Of a stretch of DNA of 58,947 nt, positions 35,056 through 44,733 are shown piece by piece. Source of the DNA: a virus; IMG/VR virus record IMGVR_UViG_3300045988_154888, positions 1 through 58,947 of that record. One strand, written 5' to 3'. Within the stretch, counting starts at the first letter, position 1. Every line of letters starts with the position of its first letter. The position numbers and the translations under genes were made by a program. A model generated the notes under the pieces. The model was given only the letters and a program-made list of their open reading frames with translations. It searched no databases and was not told the DNA's origin.

Positions 35056-35853
35056 TCAGATGACGCAAGCTGCGGCCGCGCCGTAACCGCCCGACGCATA
35101 GTTGCTGTTCAACGAGCCGTCCGGAGTGACGTAGCGCACGAAGTACGCGTACCACGGGATGGGCGAGCGCATCCAGTAGCAGGATTCGTCGCCGCTGGGG
35201 GAATCGGTCTTTTTGCGATTCTCAGGATTTTCGTAGAACGGATACGTCGCGCCCTCATCCTTGATATTGTCGCCGGTAAAGCCCAGCTCGGAAGCGGACA
35301 GAAGGAACAGCTTGTCCTGCGTCGTATACGCTTCGCCGCCCTCATCATCATTGCGGTAGGTGGTCTTTTCGACCCGGCGCATAGCTTCACGGTCGGCCTC
35401 CGGGAAGCCGGAAAGGAAATACTTGTTCAACCAGTTCCGCAGATTGCAGGTATCCCACGCATTGTGGCCCCAGCAGTATTTCTTGCTTGGCGTATCAAAG
35501 GGAAGGTACATATCGTCCAGCACATTGGTCATATGCAGCGTGACGGTCTGGCGCTTCTTCCCGACCTCCTGCCCATCTATGCCAACGCCAATTACCGTCC
35601 AGTCAATATTGCCGAAACGGTTGTGGTGCGAAATGATGCGGTCGCCTACTTTGAGATTGATGCTGCCATCATCCAGCAGGCTGCTCATTTCGGCAAGGCT
35701 CTTGCAGTACACGCAGTCCCAAGCCTTCTGGGCGATTTCAGGCTCTTTCAGCGCTTCAACGCCCTGCCGGAGCGAATGGAGGTTCTGCTCCAAGCCGGAG
35801 ATTTTTTCAAGCATGACCTCTTTGACCTGCTCAATGCTCATCATACTTTCCAT
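35056..35853 (-). CDS. DGR variable protein 2 (small C-type-lectin-fold protein, remote target)
   Basis: 265 aa. The C-terminus YWMRSPIPWYAYFVRYVTPDGSLNSNYASGGYGAAAACVI carries VR2. The central region (NLRNWLN...LFLLSASELG) is paralogous to target 1. Confidence 0.85.
   Translation of the reverse strand: MESMMSIEQVKEVMLEKISGLEQNLHSLRQGVEALKEPEIAQKAWDCVYCKSLAEMSSLLDDGSINLKVGDRIISHHNRFGNIDWTVIGVGIDGQEVGKKRQTVTLHMTNVLDDMYLPFDTPSKKYCWGHNAWDTCNLRNWLNKYFLSGFPEADREAMRRVEKTTYRNDDEGGEAYTTQDKLFLLSASELGFTGDNIKDEGATYPFYENPENRKKTDSPSGDESCYWMRSPIPWYAYFVRYVTPDGSLNSNYASGGYGAAAACVI
35070..35175 (-). repeat. DGR variable repeat 2 (VR2)
   Basis: 106 nt aligned without gaps to TR 4461-4566. 13 mismatches, 12 of them at TR adenines on the coding strand. 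Confidence 0.9.
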
Positions 35854-35887
35854 GGTTGTTCCTCTCTTTCTCGCGCTTTCCGGCGCG

Positions 35888-36286
35888 TTAATCCTTCTCT
35901 GTAATCACCCTGCATTCGGGAACGGCTTCGCCGCCCCAAGGGTAAGGCTCGTCATAGCAGACGCCCCAACCGCCTTTGGGATTGTCGTGCCATGCAAGGC
36001 AATGGCGCAGCGCGGCGTAAATGTTCCATGCCCGATGATGCAAAGCGTCCTTTTTGCACTCAGGCGTGCCGTAGGCCGTGCGGCCAAAGATGACGCAGGC
36101 GACGATTTGAAGCAAAGCAGCAGCCGTATCTCTGCGCTCGCAATAATTCTCCGCGTCGCGCACATCAAGCATCATTTCGACGATGCGCTCAAACTGGCCA
36201 ATTCTCAGGCGGGCATACAATTCGCAAGCGTCCTCGACCATCTGCGCCTGTTCTCTGGCCAAGGTCAGAACCACTTTTTCAGCCAT
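35888..36286 (-). CDS. Hypothetical protein
   Basis: 132-aa ORF on the operon strand. Confidence 0.45.
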   Translation of the reverse strand: MAEKVVLTLAREQAQMVEDACELYARLRIGQFERIVEMMLDVRDAENYCERRDTAAALLQIVACVIFGRTAYGTPECKKDALHHRAWNIYAALRHCLAWHDNPKGGWGVCYDEPYPWGGEAVPECRVITEKD

Positions 36287-36581
36287 CCTCCGTTCCTCCC
36301 TCCGGCTGAAAATTATCCTTCATGTTCGCGTTCCTACGGCAGCAGGAGCATTTCTGATGCCGCTTTCCAAGCCATGCACAGCCCACGCATGGAAGCGTGC
36401 CTTGCAGCTCAACCGGCAGGGTAGCCGCTTTATCAATCAGGCGCTGCACGGATTCAAAAGCAGCCATCGCCGCAACGGAGGTGGCGTTCCTTTTGCCTCG
36501 CCCAAGCCTGTCATGCATCTGCACGACCTTACGCCGCAGATAACTCGCGTCAACAGGGCGAATCCTGCTCACATTTACCAC
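36279..36581 (-). CDS. Hypothetical Cys-rich protein
   Basis: 100-aa ORF with CVGC...CSCC. Confidence 0.4.
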   Translation of the reverse strand: MVNVSRIRPVDASYLRRKVVQMHDRLGRGKRNATSVAAMAAFESVQRLIDKAATLPVELQGTLPCVGCAWLGKRHQKCSCCRRNANMKDNFQPEGGTEDG

Positions 36582-36757
36582 CTCCGCAGCTTGTAAAACG
36601 CAACGGCGAGCCAGTTGCCAAAGGCCGTGAGCGGGTAAAGCACCAGCATGGCCGGCATGATGCAGCAGTAAGCTGCAAACCTCTTGAGAAAACGCAGCGC
36701 TCCCCAGCGGCGATATTGACGCGCCTGAATCCTGAAATCATACTCGTACATGCTCAT
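36575..36757 (-). CDS. Small membrane protein
   Basis: Start near MSMYEYD, after AAGGAG. Hydrophobic segment FAAYCCIMPAMLVLYPLTAFGNWLAVAF. Confidence 0.4.
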   Translation of the reverse strand: MSMYEYDFRIQARQYRRWGALRFLKRFAAYCCIMPAMLVLYPLTAFGNWLAVAFYKLRRW

Positions 36758-36905
36758 TTCTCCTTGCCTTTCAAGCGCTTGGCGATTCCGTTCGAAATTC
36801 CAGCGACCAGAGACAACAGGCAGAATGCCGCGACCACGCAAAGGCAAAAGCCCAGCGCCACGAAGAAGCCCTTCGCACCGAGCAACAGCATCGCTCTGAC
36901 ATCAA

Positions 36906-37295
36906 TCACCTTGAACCCCTCCTGTTCGTTTTTACGTCGGAATACTTTTTCAGATATTGAGAAGCCATTTCTCCGAAACGCTGCTCAACAAATGCAACTT
37001 TGTTCTTGCCGTTTCTCCACTTACAGCCCAGCCATTTCCGGCTTTCTTCATCGCGGCATGGGCGCGGGCCCTGCAAATCGCAGTCGCGGCAGTCTGCAAT
37101 GCGGTCTTGAACGAGGTTGGCGCTGTTCAGCGACGCACGGTCTGCGGTCAGCTCCCGCAGCGTAATAAGGCGGCATTTTCTGTCAAAGGCGGCCAGCTCT
37201 GCATCGTCGGCATGAGCGGCAACGGCAGCCGACAACCATTGGCAGAAATCGCACAGCGCGTCAAGCTCTGCATCGCGTTTATGCCCATACCTCAC
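36906..37295 (-). CDS. Hypothetical protein
   Basis: 129-aa ORF on the operon strand. Confidence 0.4.
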   Translation of the reverse strand: MRYGHKRDAELDALCDFCQWLSAAVAAHADDAELAAFDRKCRLITLRELTADRASLNSANLVQDRIADCRDCDLQGPRPCRDEESRKWLGCKWRNGKNKVAFVEQRFGEMASQYLKKYSDVKTNRRGSR

Positions 37296-37310
37296 TCAGA
37301 CCGCCTCCGG

Positions 37311-37724
37311 CTACATATCGAAAATCGAAACGTCCATTCTGGGCATATCGTCGTACCGTTTGGAAATCTCCGTGTATACGATTTGCCGGTCATCGTTGTA
37401 CGCAACGCCGTTGAGCGCATCGGCAACCACCTTGCATACGTTATCAATATCAGGCTTCTTGGCCGGGCGAATCTCTCCGTCTTTCATCCGCTGCCGCTTT
37501 GCCTTGCTGACAGACTTCGGGATGGAGAAATACGCGGTCACACGCAGCCCAATTTCCCGTTCACCAAAGGAAAGACCAGATTGGCGCTCATACTCGACCT
37601 TGATGAGATTCTCATAGGAGACCGTTTTGCCCGGCGTGTAGGCCGTGACAAAGGAACCCTGCCGGGAGAATCGCGGTCTGCCTTTTCCGACCGGCTCTCC
37701 GGGAACCGTAAAATGAACCTCCAT
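37311..37724 (-). CDS. rusA: RusA-family Holliday junction resolvase
   Basis: VPGEPVGKGRPRF...KKPDIDNVCKVVADALNGVAYNDDRQI matches the RusA hallmarks. Confidence 0.85.
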   Translation of the reverse strand: MEVHFTVPGEPVGKGRPRFSRQGSFVTAYTPGKTVSYENLIKVEYERQSGLSFGEREIGLRVTAYFSIPKSVSKAKRQRMKDGEIRPAKKPDIDNVCKVVADALNGVAYNDDRQIVYTEISKRYDDMPRMDVSIFDM

Positions 37725-37745
37725 TGCCTTTGCACCTCTTTTCCG

Positions 37746-39131
37746 TTACGCTTCTGCATTTCGTTCAATCGGGTAATACCGCATGTGCTTGGAATCGAAC
37801 AGCACACAGGCTTTGCCCACCGCGCCCTGACGCTGTTTTGCCACGCCGATGCAGATATAAGTGAGTTCGCGCTGTTCGTACAGGTCGAAATACTCTCTGT
37901 CTCTTGGGTCAACGTAGGGGTCTTGCGAGCTGGATGGGCGGTGCAGGAAAATCACGCCGTCTGCATCCTGCTCAATATCGCCGGACGCTTTCAGGGATTT
38001 CAGCGTCGGCATTTGTCCGTCCGTATCGCGGTTGACCTGCGCCAGCGCGATGATGGGAATATTGAAATCCGTCGCCATGTCCTTGAGCGACTTGGATATA
38101 TAACCCACACGAAGGTGTTCTTCCTTGATGTTCTTCGCAGTGTGCATGAGTTGCAGATAGTCCACGATGAGCATGTCCAGCTCGCCTTTTTCGACCATAC
38201 GCTGGCACTCCCGGCGTAAATCCTCCACCGTGCGGGTGGTGAACAGAAACTGAATGGGCAGGTTGGCCAGCGGCGAAACCACGTCGGCGATGCTGCACCA
38301 ATCTTCTTCGGTCAGTTCGGCGCGGCGCAGCTTCATTCCATCAATCAGCGCTTCGTGAGAAATCATGCGCTGGCCAAACTGCACGTCCGTCATTTCGCGG
38401 GAAACGACGGCAACCTTGAAGCCCTTTTTCGCGGCTTCCAGCGCGATATTTGCGCCGAACGCAGATTTGCCAACGGACGGGCGAGCGCCGATGACGGTAA
38501 GCTCGCCGCCAAAGAAACCGCCGATGAGCGCATCCACATTGGAAATGCCTGTGGTGATGGATTTTTCTTCGCCCTTTGCCCGCCGCTCAAGGTAGTCATA
38601 GGTCGCCATCATCACATCGACCATCGTCTCGACCTTATGCCCGCCAAGCTCGATGTTTCGGCTTTCGGTGCGGAGCTTTTCAAGCACGGCGTTCAAATCC
38701 TGCGACGGGTCACGAAGCTGGTTGATGACTTCTTCCACCGAGCGAATACTTTGCCGTCGAGCAGACAGCTCTTTCACGATTCGAATATAGCTTTCGATGT
38801 TCTGAAAGCTGAAACTCCCATGGAGACATGCCAGCATAGCGTTGGAAACCGCAGCGCTCTCGGAAGCGAAAAGCTCTGAAATGGTCGCGTCAACCGTAAC
38901 AAGGTCAACCTGCAAGCCCTTGGTAACTGTCGCTTGAATGGCGCGGAATACCTTCCCGTACTCAGGGTAGTAAAAATCGCCCTCGGAAATCTGGGACAGG
39001 ACGGACGAAACGTCCTCGCCCTTCGTCAGCAGGGAATACAGAACGCTTTCCTCCGCTTCCTGCGATGCAAAGTTTTTGCCACCGGCCAGCATGACCTGTT
39101 CGGCGACATAATTGTTATCGGCCATTTTCAA
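37746..39131 (-). CDS. dnaB: Replicative DNA helicase (DnaB family)
   Basis: 461 aa. Walker A GARPSVGKSAF plus DnaB N- and C-domains. Confidence 0.9.
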   Translation of the reverse strand: MKMADNNYVAEQVMLAGGKNFASQEAEESVLYSLLTKGEDVSSVLSQISEGDFYYPEYGKVFRAIQATVTKGLQVDLVTVDATISELFASESAAVSNAMLACLHGSFSFQNIESYIRIVKELSARRQSIRSVEEVINQLRDPSQDLNAVLEKLRTESRNIELGGHKVETMVDVMMATYDYLERRAKGEEKSITTGISNVDALIGGFFGGELTVIGARPSVGKSAFGANIALEAAKKGFKVAVVSREMTDVQFGQRMISHEALIDGMKLRRAELTEEDWCSIADVVSPLANLPIQFLFTTRTVEDLRRECQRMVEKGELDMLIVDYLQLMHTAKNIKEEHLRVGYISKSLKDMATDFNIPIIALAQVNRDTDGQMPTLKSLKASGDIEQDADGVIFLHRPSSSQDPYVDPRDREYFDLYEQRELTYICIGVAKQRQGAVGKACVLFDSKHMRYYPIERNAEA

Positions 39132-39139
39132 GCCCTCCG

Positions 39140-39931
39140 TTACCAGAATTTCCCTCGAATGGCGGGCGGCTCAGAACCAACATTGCCGTCCTGCCGCTTT
39201 TTCCAGTTTTCAGCCCTGCGGTCATGTTCCAGCGTAGCCGCATGGGCTTGTTCAAGCGTTTTAACGCCAAGCTCTGCCCATTTTTTGAGGATGGCAAGGA
39301 TAAACCTTTCGGGGTTATCTGGGTGCGCCAGATTGGTTTCCTCTACGGCCTTGCACATCACATCCGCGCCAAGCTCATTGTAGTAATCCTCAAGGAGCTG
39401 GCCGCTTTTACTGCCTCCATGCGGAATCAAGCCGATGTTCTGCTCATAGGTCTGGACAAACCGAACCCAGTCCGGGTCAAGGCCGTCGATGGAGAACATA
39501 TCCTCCGGCTCGTTCTTCGGCTTCTCCGATTCAGACGCGGCCTTTCGCTTCGCCCAGCGGGCATTGACAGCCTTTTGCGCTTTTTCAGACCGCTCTCTGG
39601 CTTTCTGAGCCACCTCATCAAAACGGCGATTGAATGATTCACTCCAAAACCGTTCGCCATCTGTTTGGAACAGGCCAACCTCGATGCACTTGTCAATAAA
39701 TTCCTTCACATCGAGGCTGCTGCGAAGGTCGTATGTAATCGCGTCGAACTGCTCCTGTGAATAATCAAGACTGTGGCCGTTGCCACTTTCTGACGAGAAC
39801 ATTTCCAGCATGGCGAAATAACAACCGTAACCCTCCATGCCATACTTTGCCCGCAGCTTCATCACTTTCGGGTCGTTCCGCGCATCCTCATCGTGACTGA
39901 AATATACAGCTTTCACGGTTCGCCCCTCCAT
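39140..39931 (-). CDS. Replication initiation/replisome organiser (DUF4373-like N-terminus + DnaD-like C-terminus)
   Basis: 263 aa. N-terminal YFSHDEDARNDPKVMKL. The C-terminal FILAILKKWAELGVKTLEQ is DnaD-domain-like. Upstream of dnaB. Confidence 0.6.
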   Translation of the reverse strand: MEGRTVKAVYFSHDEDARNDPKVMKLRAKYGMEGYGCYFAMLEMFSSESGNGHSLDYSQEQFDAITYDLRSSLDVKEFIDKCIEVGLFQTDGERFWSESFNRRFDEVAQKARERSEKAQKAVNARWAKRKAASESEKPKNEPEDMFSIDGLDPDWVRFVQTYEQNIGLIPHGGSKSGQLLEDYYNELGADVMCKAVEETNLAHPDNPERFILAILKKWAELGVKTLEQAHAATLEHDRRAENWKKRQDGNVGSEPPAIRGKFW

Positions 39932-39968
39932 CAGGCTGGGAGGGGGAAACCCTCCCAGCCGCCTTTCT

Positions 39969-40757
39969 TTACGCCATCACGACCACGTTACAGCCGTACA
40001 GTCCATTCTTGAGATATTCGGCAATTCGCGCAACCGCCGTATTCTTCCAAGCGCCGCCGTCTGCTTCAAACAGCGCGGCATTCGCCTGTTCGTCGATGCG
40101 CAGGGTGAAATTGCTCTCCGGCTGGTCAACCTCGGCAAAAGTGCGCATGGGCTTGAGGGGGACGGGGTTCTGAAACTGCGTATTGCTGGCGAGCGTAATG
40201 CCCTGCTTAACGGTGATGTTCTGAGAAACGCCGTCATCGCCAACGTTGCAGCTCTGCTCCTTGGTCATGGACTTCATCACCTTGAACAGCTCCGCACGGG
40301 CGGGCGTGTCGATGAAGGTGGAAAGCAGCATGGTATTGAACCGCTCTGTATCCTGATAGCGCCCGAACGTGATTTCCGGGGTATGCGCTCCGCACGAGGC
40401 AATCACATGGCGTTCCTTCTGGTACTTGGAGGGCTTGCCGAGCAGGGCGACGCTCTTTTCGTCCTCCACCATGACGATGAGCTTTTCACCGTCCGGAATC
40501 AACCCTTCAACGTTCTCGTTGATATAGGCGATGAAACCGTCGAGGGTGAAGAAATCAAGCGGCGCGGGCACAGGCTCATCGTCGGGAATGGGCGGCGTGA
40601 TGCGCTCCCACGCCCTGCGATGGCTATTCCAGAACATCTTCGCGCCGTCCACTTCGATGACGGCCTGCTCGTTCTTGTCGTTCGCTTCCTGAATTTCCTT
40701 GCCAATGCCGACGAGCTGTTCAACCAGCTCAGGCGCTCCGTTGAAGAATCCATCCAT
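39969..40757 (-). CDS. Hypothetical protein
   Basis: 262-aa ORF in the recombination/replication block. Confidence 0.5.
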   Translation of the reverse strand: MDGFFNGAPELVEQLVGIGKEIQEANDKNEQAVIEVDGAKMFWNSHRRAWERITPPIPDDEPVPAPLDFFTLDGFIAYINENVEGLIPDGEKLIVMVEDEKSVALLGKPSKYQKERHVIASCGAHTPEITFGRYQDTERFNTMLLSTFIDTPARAELFKVMKSMTKEQSCNVGDDGVSQNITVKQGITLASNTQFQNPVPLKPMRTFAEVDQPESNFTLRIDEQANAALFEADGGAWKNTAVARIAEYLKNGLYGCNVVVMA

Positions 40758-40777
40758 TTTCGTATACCTCCTGCATT

Positions 40778-41158
40778 TTACTGAGCTTCCTGTTCGCGCG
40801 AGAATCTCATCACGCGGGGAATAGGCGCTTCGTTCCCTTCGATGTCAATCTGGCCGGGAAGCTGGTTCGTGCGCTCGGTGGCAATGATGCTGCCATCATC
40901 GCCGAAATTCAGCATGACGGTCTGGCTCAGTTCGCACTTGGCCGCCAGCTTCGAAGTGCAGCTCACCTTGAAATCGCAGGAATCCCTGCGCTCGTTGGGA
41001 ACGATTTTCACCTTCAAAGTGACCTCACGGGCTGTCTTTGCCGGGGTGTTGGGGTCGCACACGTTATCCCAAACCCGTTCAAGCTCCTGATTGAAGCGCT
41101 CTTCCACGCCGCCGTCCATCAGGTCGGACAGGCTTTTAATCGGGCGCTGATTTGCCAT
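40778..41158 (-). CDS. Hypothetical protein
   Basis: Start at ATG 41158, after GAAGGAGG. Confidence 0.45.
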   Translation of the reverse strand: MANQRPIKSLSDLMDGGVEERFNQELERVWDNVCDPNTPAKTAREVTLKVKIVPNERRDSCDFKVSCTSKLAAKCELSQTVMLNFGDDGSIIATERTNQLPGQIDIEGNEAPIPRVMRFSREQEAQ

Positions 41159-41175
41159 AATGGTTCGTACCTCCT

Positions 41176-41919
41176 TCAAAACGGAATCAGTTCGAGGGGA
41201 ATGCTCATGCCGTTTGCTGCCGCTACAGTCTCGACATGGGTCTGTTCTGTAATCTCCCGCACCATGCGCCGCTCGTCGCTCCGGCTGTCAGACATGTGAA
41301 CAAGGACAATCTTTACGGCCTTGGACAAGTCGTTTGCCGCGAGCGCTTCCTTCAACCGGCGAAGCGACATGTGCGATTCAAGGAGCCGGTTTCTGAGGCC
41401 GGCATCCAGTTTGCCACTCTGCAATGCTTCGTTCATCACTTCGTCGCAGTAATTGCACTCGACCAACCAATAATGCACGCCGGGGAATGTGTACCGCAGA
41501 TAGTAGGTGTCCGTGGCATAGAGCAGCGTTTCGCCGGTGGTCTCATAGCGGACGAGAAAGCCAAGGGGTTCTGCCGCGTCGTGCTGCGTCTCAAAGCCCA
41601 TGACGGTAAATCCTCCAACCCGCATCGGTTGCAGCGGTCTGACGAGCTTTAATTGCGTTAAATAGATATTGTCGTCAAGGGCTTGCTTGGTTCCTGCGCT
41701 GCAATACACAGGAACGCCCCGCCTGACCAATTCCAGAACGCCTCGCGCATGGTCGCCGTGCTCATGGGTGACAAGACAACCAACCACGGAACGGAAGTCC
41801 TTGATGTATGGGAGCATCTTCCTGACGGGAAGCCCTGCATCAAGAATGAGGACTTCCGTTCCGGCTTCCAGCAGGTAGCAATTCGCGCCGCTGCCCGTAG
41901 AAATCACCTGTAGCCGCAT
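41176..41919 (-). CDS. MBL-fold metallo-hydrolase (putative nuclease)
   Basis: HEHGDHARG (HxHxDH) motif. 247 aa. Confidence 0.75.
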   Translation of the reverse strand: MRLQVISTGSGANCYLLEAGTEVLILDAGLPVRKMLPYIKDFRSVVGCLVTHEHGDHARGVLELVRRGVPVYCSAGTKQALDDNIYLTQLKLVRPLQPMRVGGFTVMGFETQHDAAEPLGFLVRYETTGETLLYATDTYYLRYTFPGVHYWLVECNYCDEVMNEALQSGKLDAGLRNRLLESHMSLRRLKEALAANDLSKAVKIVLVHMSDSRSDERRMVREITEQTHVETVAAANGMSIPLELIPF

Positions 41920-42758
41920 CAGAATCCTGGGTCCATATCCTCATCGTAAATTACTGCGGCGGCGGGAGGAGCGGCAGGTGCAGCGGCTTCATGGACAAGA
42001 GCGGCCTCAAGCGCAGGGGCAGCGCTGGTGGGCAGGACTATCGGCTGACCGTTGGCATTCTGCGCGACTTCCGCTTCTATGCGGTCATCGACGGAATCAT
42101 TGGCAATCGTATTGGCGAACTCGACGGACATCACACCGTACTTGGAGATAATGGTCTTGAGGACAGTTTTCAGCGCCATCGCGTCGAAATTGGTATGCCA
42201 TGGGGAATCGGCCTTGCTCCATGCCTTGCTGTAGCGCTTGGCGTGCGCTTCGACCTTTTCCCGCGTCCAGTACACGCACTTTTCAAAGCCGTTCAGGAGC
42301 TGGAAGTAGGCAAAATAGCCAACAGGCGTTTCGCTCTTTGCCGTTCCGCTGATTTCCAACATGCCCGTGATGCGGTTGTAATTCACCAATTCGCCCTCGC
42401 AAACCACGTCGGCGTTGATGTAGCGGTACTGGCCGCTGCGCTGGGCAAGCTGGATAAGGCCGCGGAAGCCGAGCTGGAAAGTGGGAACGTTGTTATAGGG
42501 GATGATGTAAGCGAAGCCGAGCTGCTTATTGATGGGGAGCTTGAGCGTCGCGGCTTTCAGGGCTTCCAGAACAACCCTGTTCGGGTCGCACTTCTGCAAA
42601 GCTCCGTCACTCTGGTACAGCTCGATGATGCTCGCCATGAACGCGCCCGCATTCTCCGCGAGGATGTTGCGAAAATTCTGCTGCATCGTTTCGTTGTTCA
42701 AGATACCTTTCAGCTTGGCAAGGCTGTTGGTCTTGAGGGTAACTTGAGTTTCAGCCAT
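41919..42758 (-). CDS. recT: RecT-family single-strand annealing recombinase
   Basis: Start at ATG 42758, after CAGGAGGTG. RecT-like core (GFAYIIPY...GYFAYFQL). Confidence 0.8.
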   Translation of the reverse strand: MAETQVTLKTNSLAKLKGILNNETMQQNFRNILAENAGAFMASIIELYQSDGALQKCDPNRVVLEALKAATLKLPINKQLGFAYIIPYNNVPTFQLGFRGLIQLAQRSGQYRYINADVVCEGELVNYNRITGMLEISGTAKSETPVGYFAYFQLLNGFEKCVYWTREKVEAHAKRYSKAWSKADSPWHTNFDAMALKTVLKTIISKYGVMSVEFANTIANDSVDDRIEAEVAQNANGQPIVLPTSAAPALEAALVHEAAAPAAPPAAAVIYDEDMDPGF

Positions 42759-42780
42759 CCTTGGCACCTCCTGTAATATT

Positions 42781-44733
42781 TCACGCCTCGCGGACGGAAA
42801 GGGATTCGTCCGTGCTGACGTAGAGTTCGATTGTCTGAGAATCCATCTCAGGAAGTGAATTGCAGCGTTCGGCGTTGTCAATGAACAGCGGGAGGCTGAC
42901 ATCGTAATGCCGGGAAAGCACGTCAATAATTTCGCAGTCGGCGTGTACCTGTGCAGCAGTATTCGCGCTCTCATAGGCCACAAGCCCGCTGTCGCACGGA
43001 ATCATACAGGTGCAAACATCCACAATGCCGCCGTTGATTTGGATGTCGAACAGCTTCCAGCGGACAGAGGGGAACCGAGCGTTGATGGACGCTTCCAGCG
43101 CACTGCACCTGTCCTGCACAAACTTCTCGCACAGGGCGATGAGGCTTTCAATCTCGCTGACGCGAGCGCCAGAATCCTTCTGCTGCGCTTCCAGCGCGGC
43201 AATGCGTTTTTCTGTTTCAAGCCCAGCGTCGCGGCGAGCAAGAACGGCGCGGTTGCGGTCAATGATGGCCTGAAGCTCGGCTTTGCGGTTCTCATACCCT
43301 CGGATTTTCTCATCCGGCGAGGCTTTCAGCTCCTGCCGTTCTTGCGTAAGCTCCTGTTCCACATCCGCAATGCGCGGCTCGCTGGCAGCATAATCAGGTT
43401 CGGCGGGATAGGCGTTGACTTTGGCAAAAGCCGCATCGCGTTCCGACATGGCCGCGTTTGCTTTGCCCGTAAGCTCATCAACTGCCTGCATGGCCTCCTG
43501 TACAGAGGTTTCGCAGCGTTCAACGGTTTCGGAAGCGGCCTTTCCTTCCAGCTTGATGGCGGCAAGCTCCGCTCGCTTCGCGTCAGCCATTTTCGACCGG
43601 GCGGCTTCGATGGCTTCCTGCGGCAAGCTCTGCCCGCAGCAGGGGCAAACGGTTTCAGCCTCCGCAACAGGCGTATCGCGCACAGCCGTGAATTTCTCGC
43701 GGAGCTTATCCCTCGCAGCCGTTGCATCTGCCAGCGCTGCGTAATCCTTTTCCAGCTTCTTCTTGGCATCTGCCAAAGATGCGGAAGCGGAACGGAACGC
43801 TGCGGAAGCTGCATCGGCCTCAGCCTGCAGGAGCCGCTTGCCAGAAAGATGCTCGTCGGCAACGCGGCGTTTGAGCGAAACAAGCTCCTGTTCCAGCGCC
43901 AGCACCTTCATCCGGGCATTTCCGGCGCCATTTTGCGCCTTGGCTTCGGCAATGTAGCCGTCTATGCGCTCAATGTCCTTGAGGCTGTCCGCAACAAGAT
44001 ATTCCGCATCAGTAATCTCGCGGGGCGTGAAGCTCGGAAGGGCTTTTCTCGCCTCGTCAATGCGGACAGGAATCATGCGCAGTTCTTCATTCGTGCGCTT
44101 TCGCTGGTCAACGAGGTACTTGCGCAAGCCGTCGATGCTGATATTGCGCTGGGCGCATTCATCGGCGAGCGGGCGATATTCGGCGCGGGCAAGCAGCTCG
44201 CCGTCCACATCGCTGCCGGACAAGGAAAGCAACTGCTCCCGGCGCTTTTTCCAGTCCATTGCATTGAACGCGGACAGACTGGCAATCAGCCGAAACAAAT
44301 CCTCGCTGGCAATCTGAGAAATACGCGCTTTGAAATCGGACAGCTTGGTTTCAACATCGTTAATCCAGTAGGTTGAGGCATTCCCCTGATACACGGCATC
44401 TGCGGAGCCGCGCTTTTTCACCCAGTTTTCCCGCTGCGTCCTGCGCAGGTTGAAGGGCTGGCCGTCCAGCTTGCAGGTAAGCTCAACGGTCGTGTCAAGA
44501 TAGTGAATCTCCCTGCCGTCCTCATCCAAGGGCTTGTCCCTGAAAGCATCAGAGCCGGGGGCGTTGCCGTGGCTGTCCTTGTTCCACATGCACCATGCAA
44601 AAGCATCCGCAATGGTGGTCTTGCCAACGCCGTTCATGCCAAACAGGCGGGTACGACTTTCGGAAAAATCAACCTCGATATGGCGGCAACCCTTGAAATT
44701 CTCAATGCGGATGCGGTCAAGTATCAGACGCAT
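42781..44733 (-). CDS. SMC/Rad50/SbcC-like AAA ATPase with coiled coil and CxxC hook
   Basis: Walker A GMNGVGKTT, a long coiled coil with central CPCCGQ, and a C-terminal signature/Walker B region. Start at MRLILDR. Confidence 0.7.
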   Translation of the reverse strand: MRLILDRIRIENFKGCRHIEVDFSESRTRLFGMNGVGKTTIADAFAWCMWNKDSHGNAPGSDAFRDKPLDEDGREIHYLDTTVELTCKLDGQPFNLRRTQRENWVKKRGSADAVYQGNASTYWINDVETKLSDFKARISQIASEDLFRLIASLSAFNAMDWKKRREQLLSLSGSDVDGELLARAEYRPLADECAQRNISIDGLRKYLVDQRKRTNEELRMIPVRIDEARKALPSFTPREITDAEYLVADSLKDIERIDGYIAEAKAQNGAGNARMKVLALEQELVSLKRRVADEHLSGKRLLQAEADAASAAFRSASASLADAKKKLEKDYAALADATAARDKLREKFTAVRDTPVAEAETVCPCCGQSLPQEAIEAARSKMADAKRAELAAIKLEGKAASETVERCETSVQEAMQAVDELTGKANAAMSERDAAFAKVNAYPAEPDYAASEPRIADVEQELTQERQELKASPDEKIRGYENRKAELQAIIDRNRAVLARRDAGLETEKRIAALEAQQKDSGARVSEIESLIALCEKFVQDRCSALEASINARFPSVRWKLFDIQINGGIVDVCTCMIPCDSGLVAYESANTAAQVHADCEIIDVLSRHYDVSLPLFIDNAERCNSLPEMDSQTIELYVSTDESLSVREA

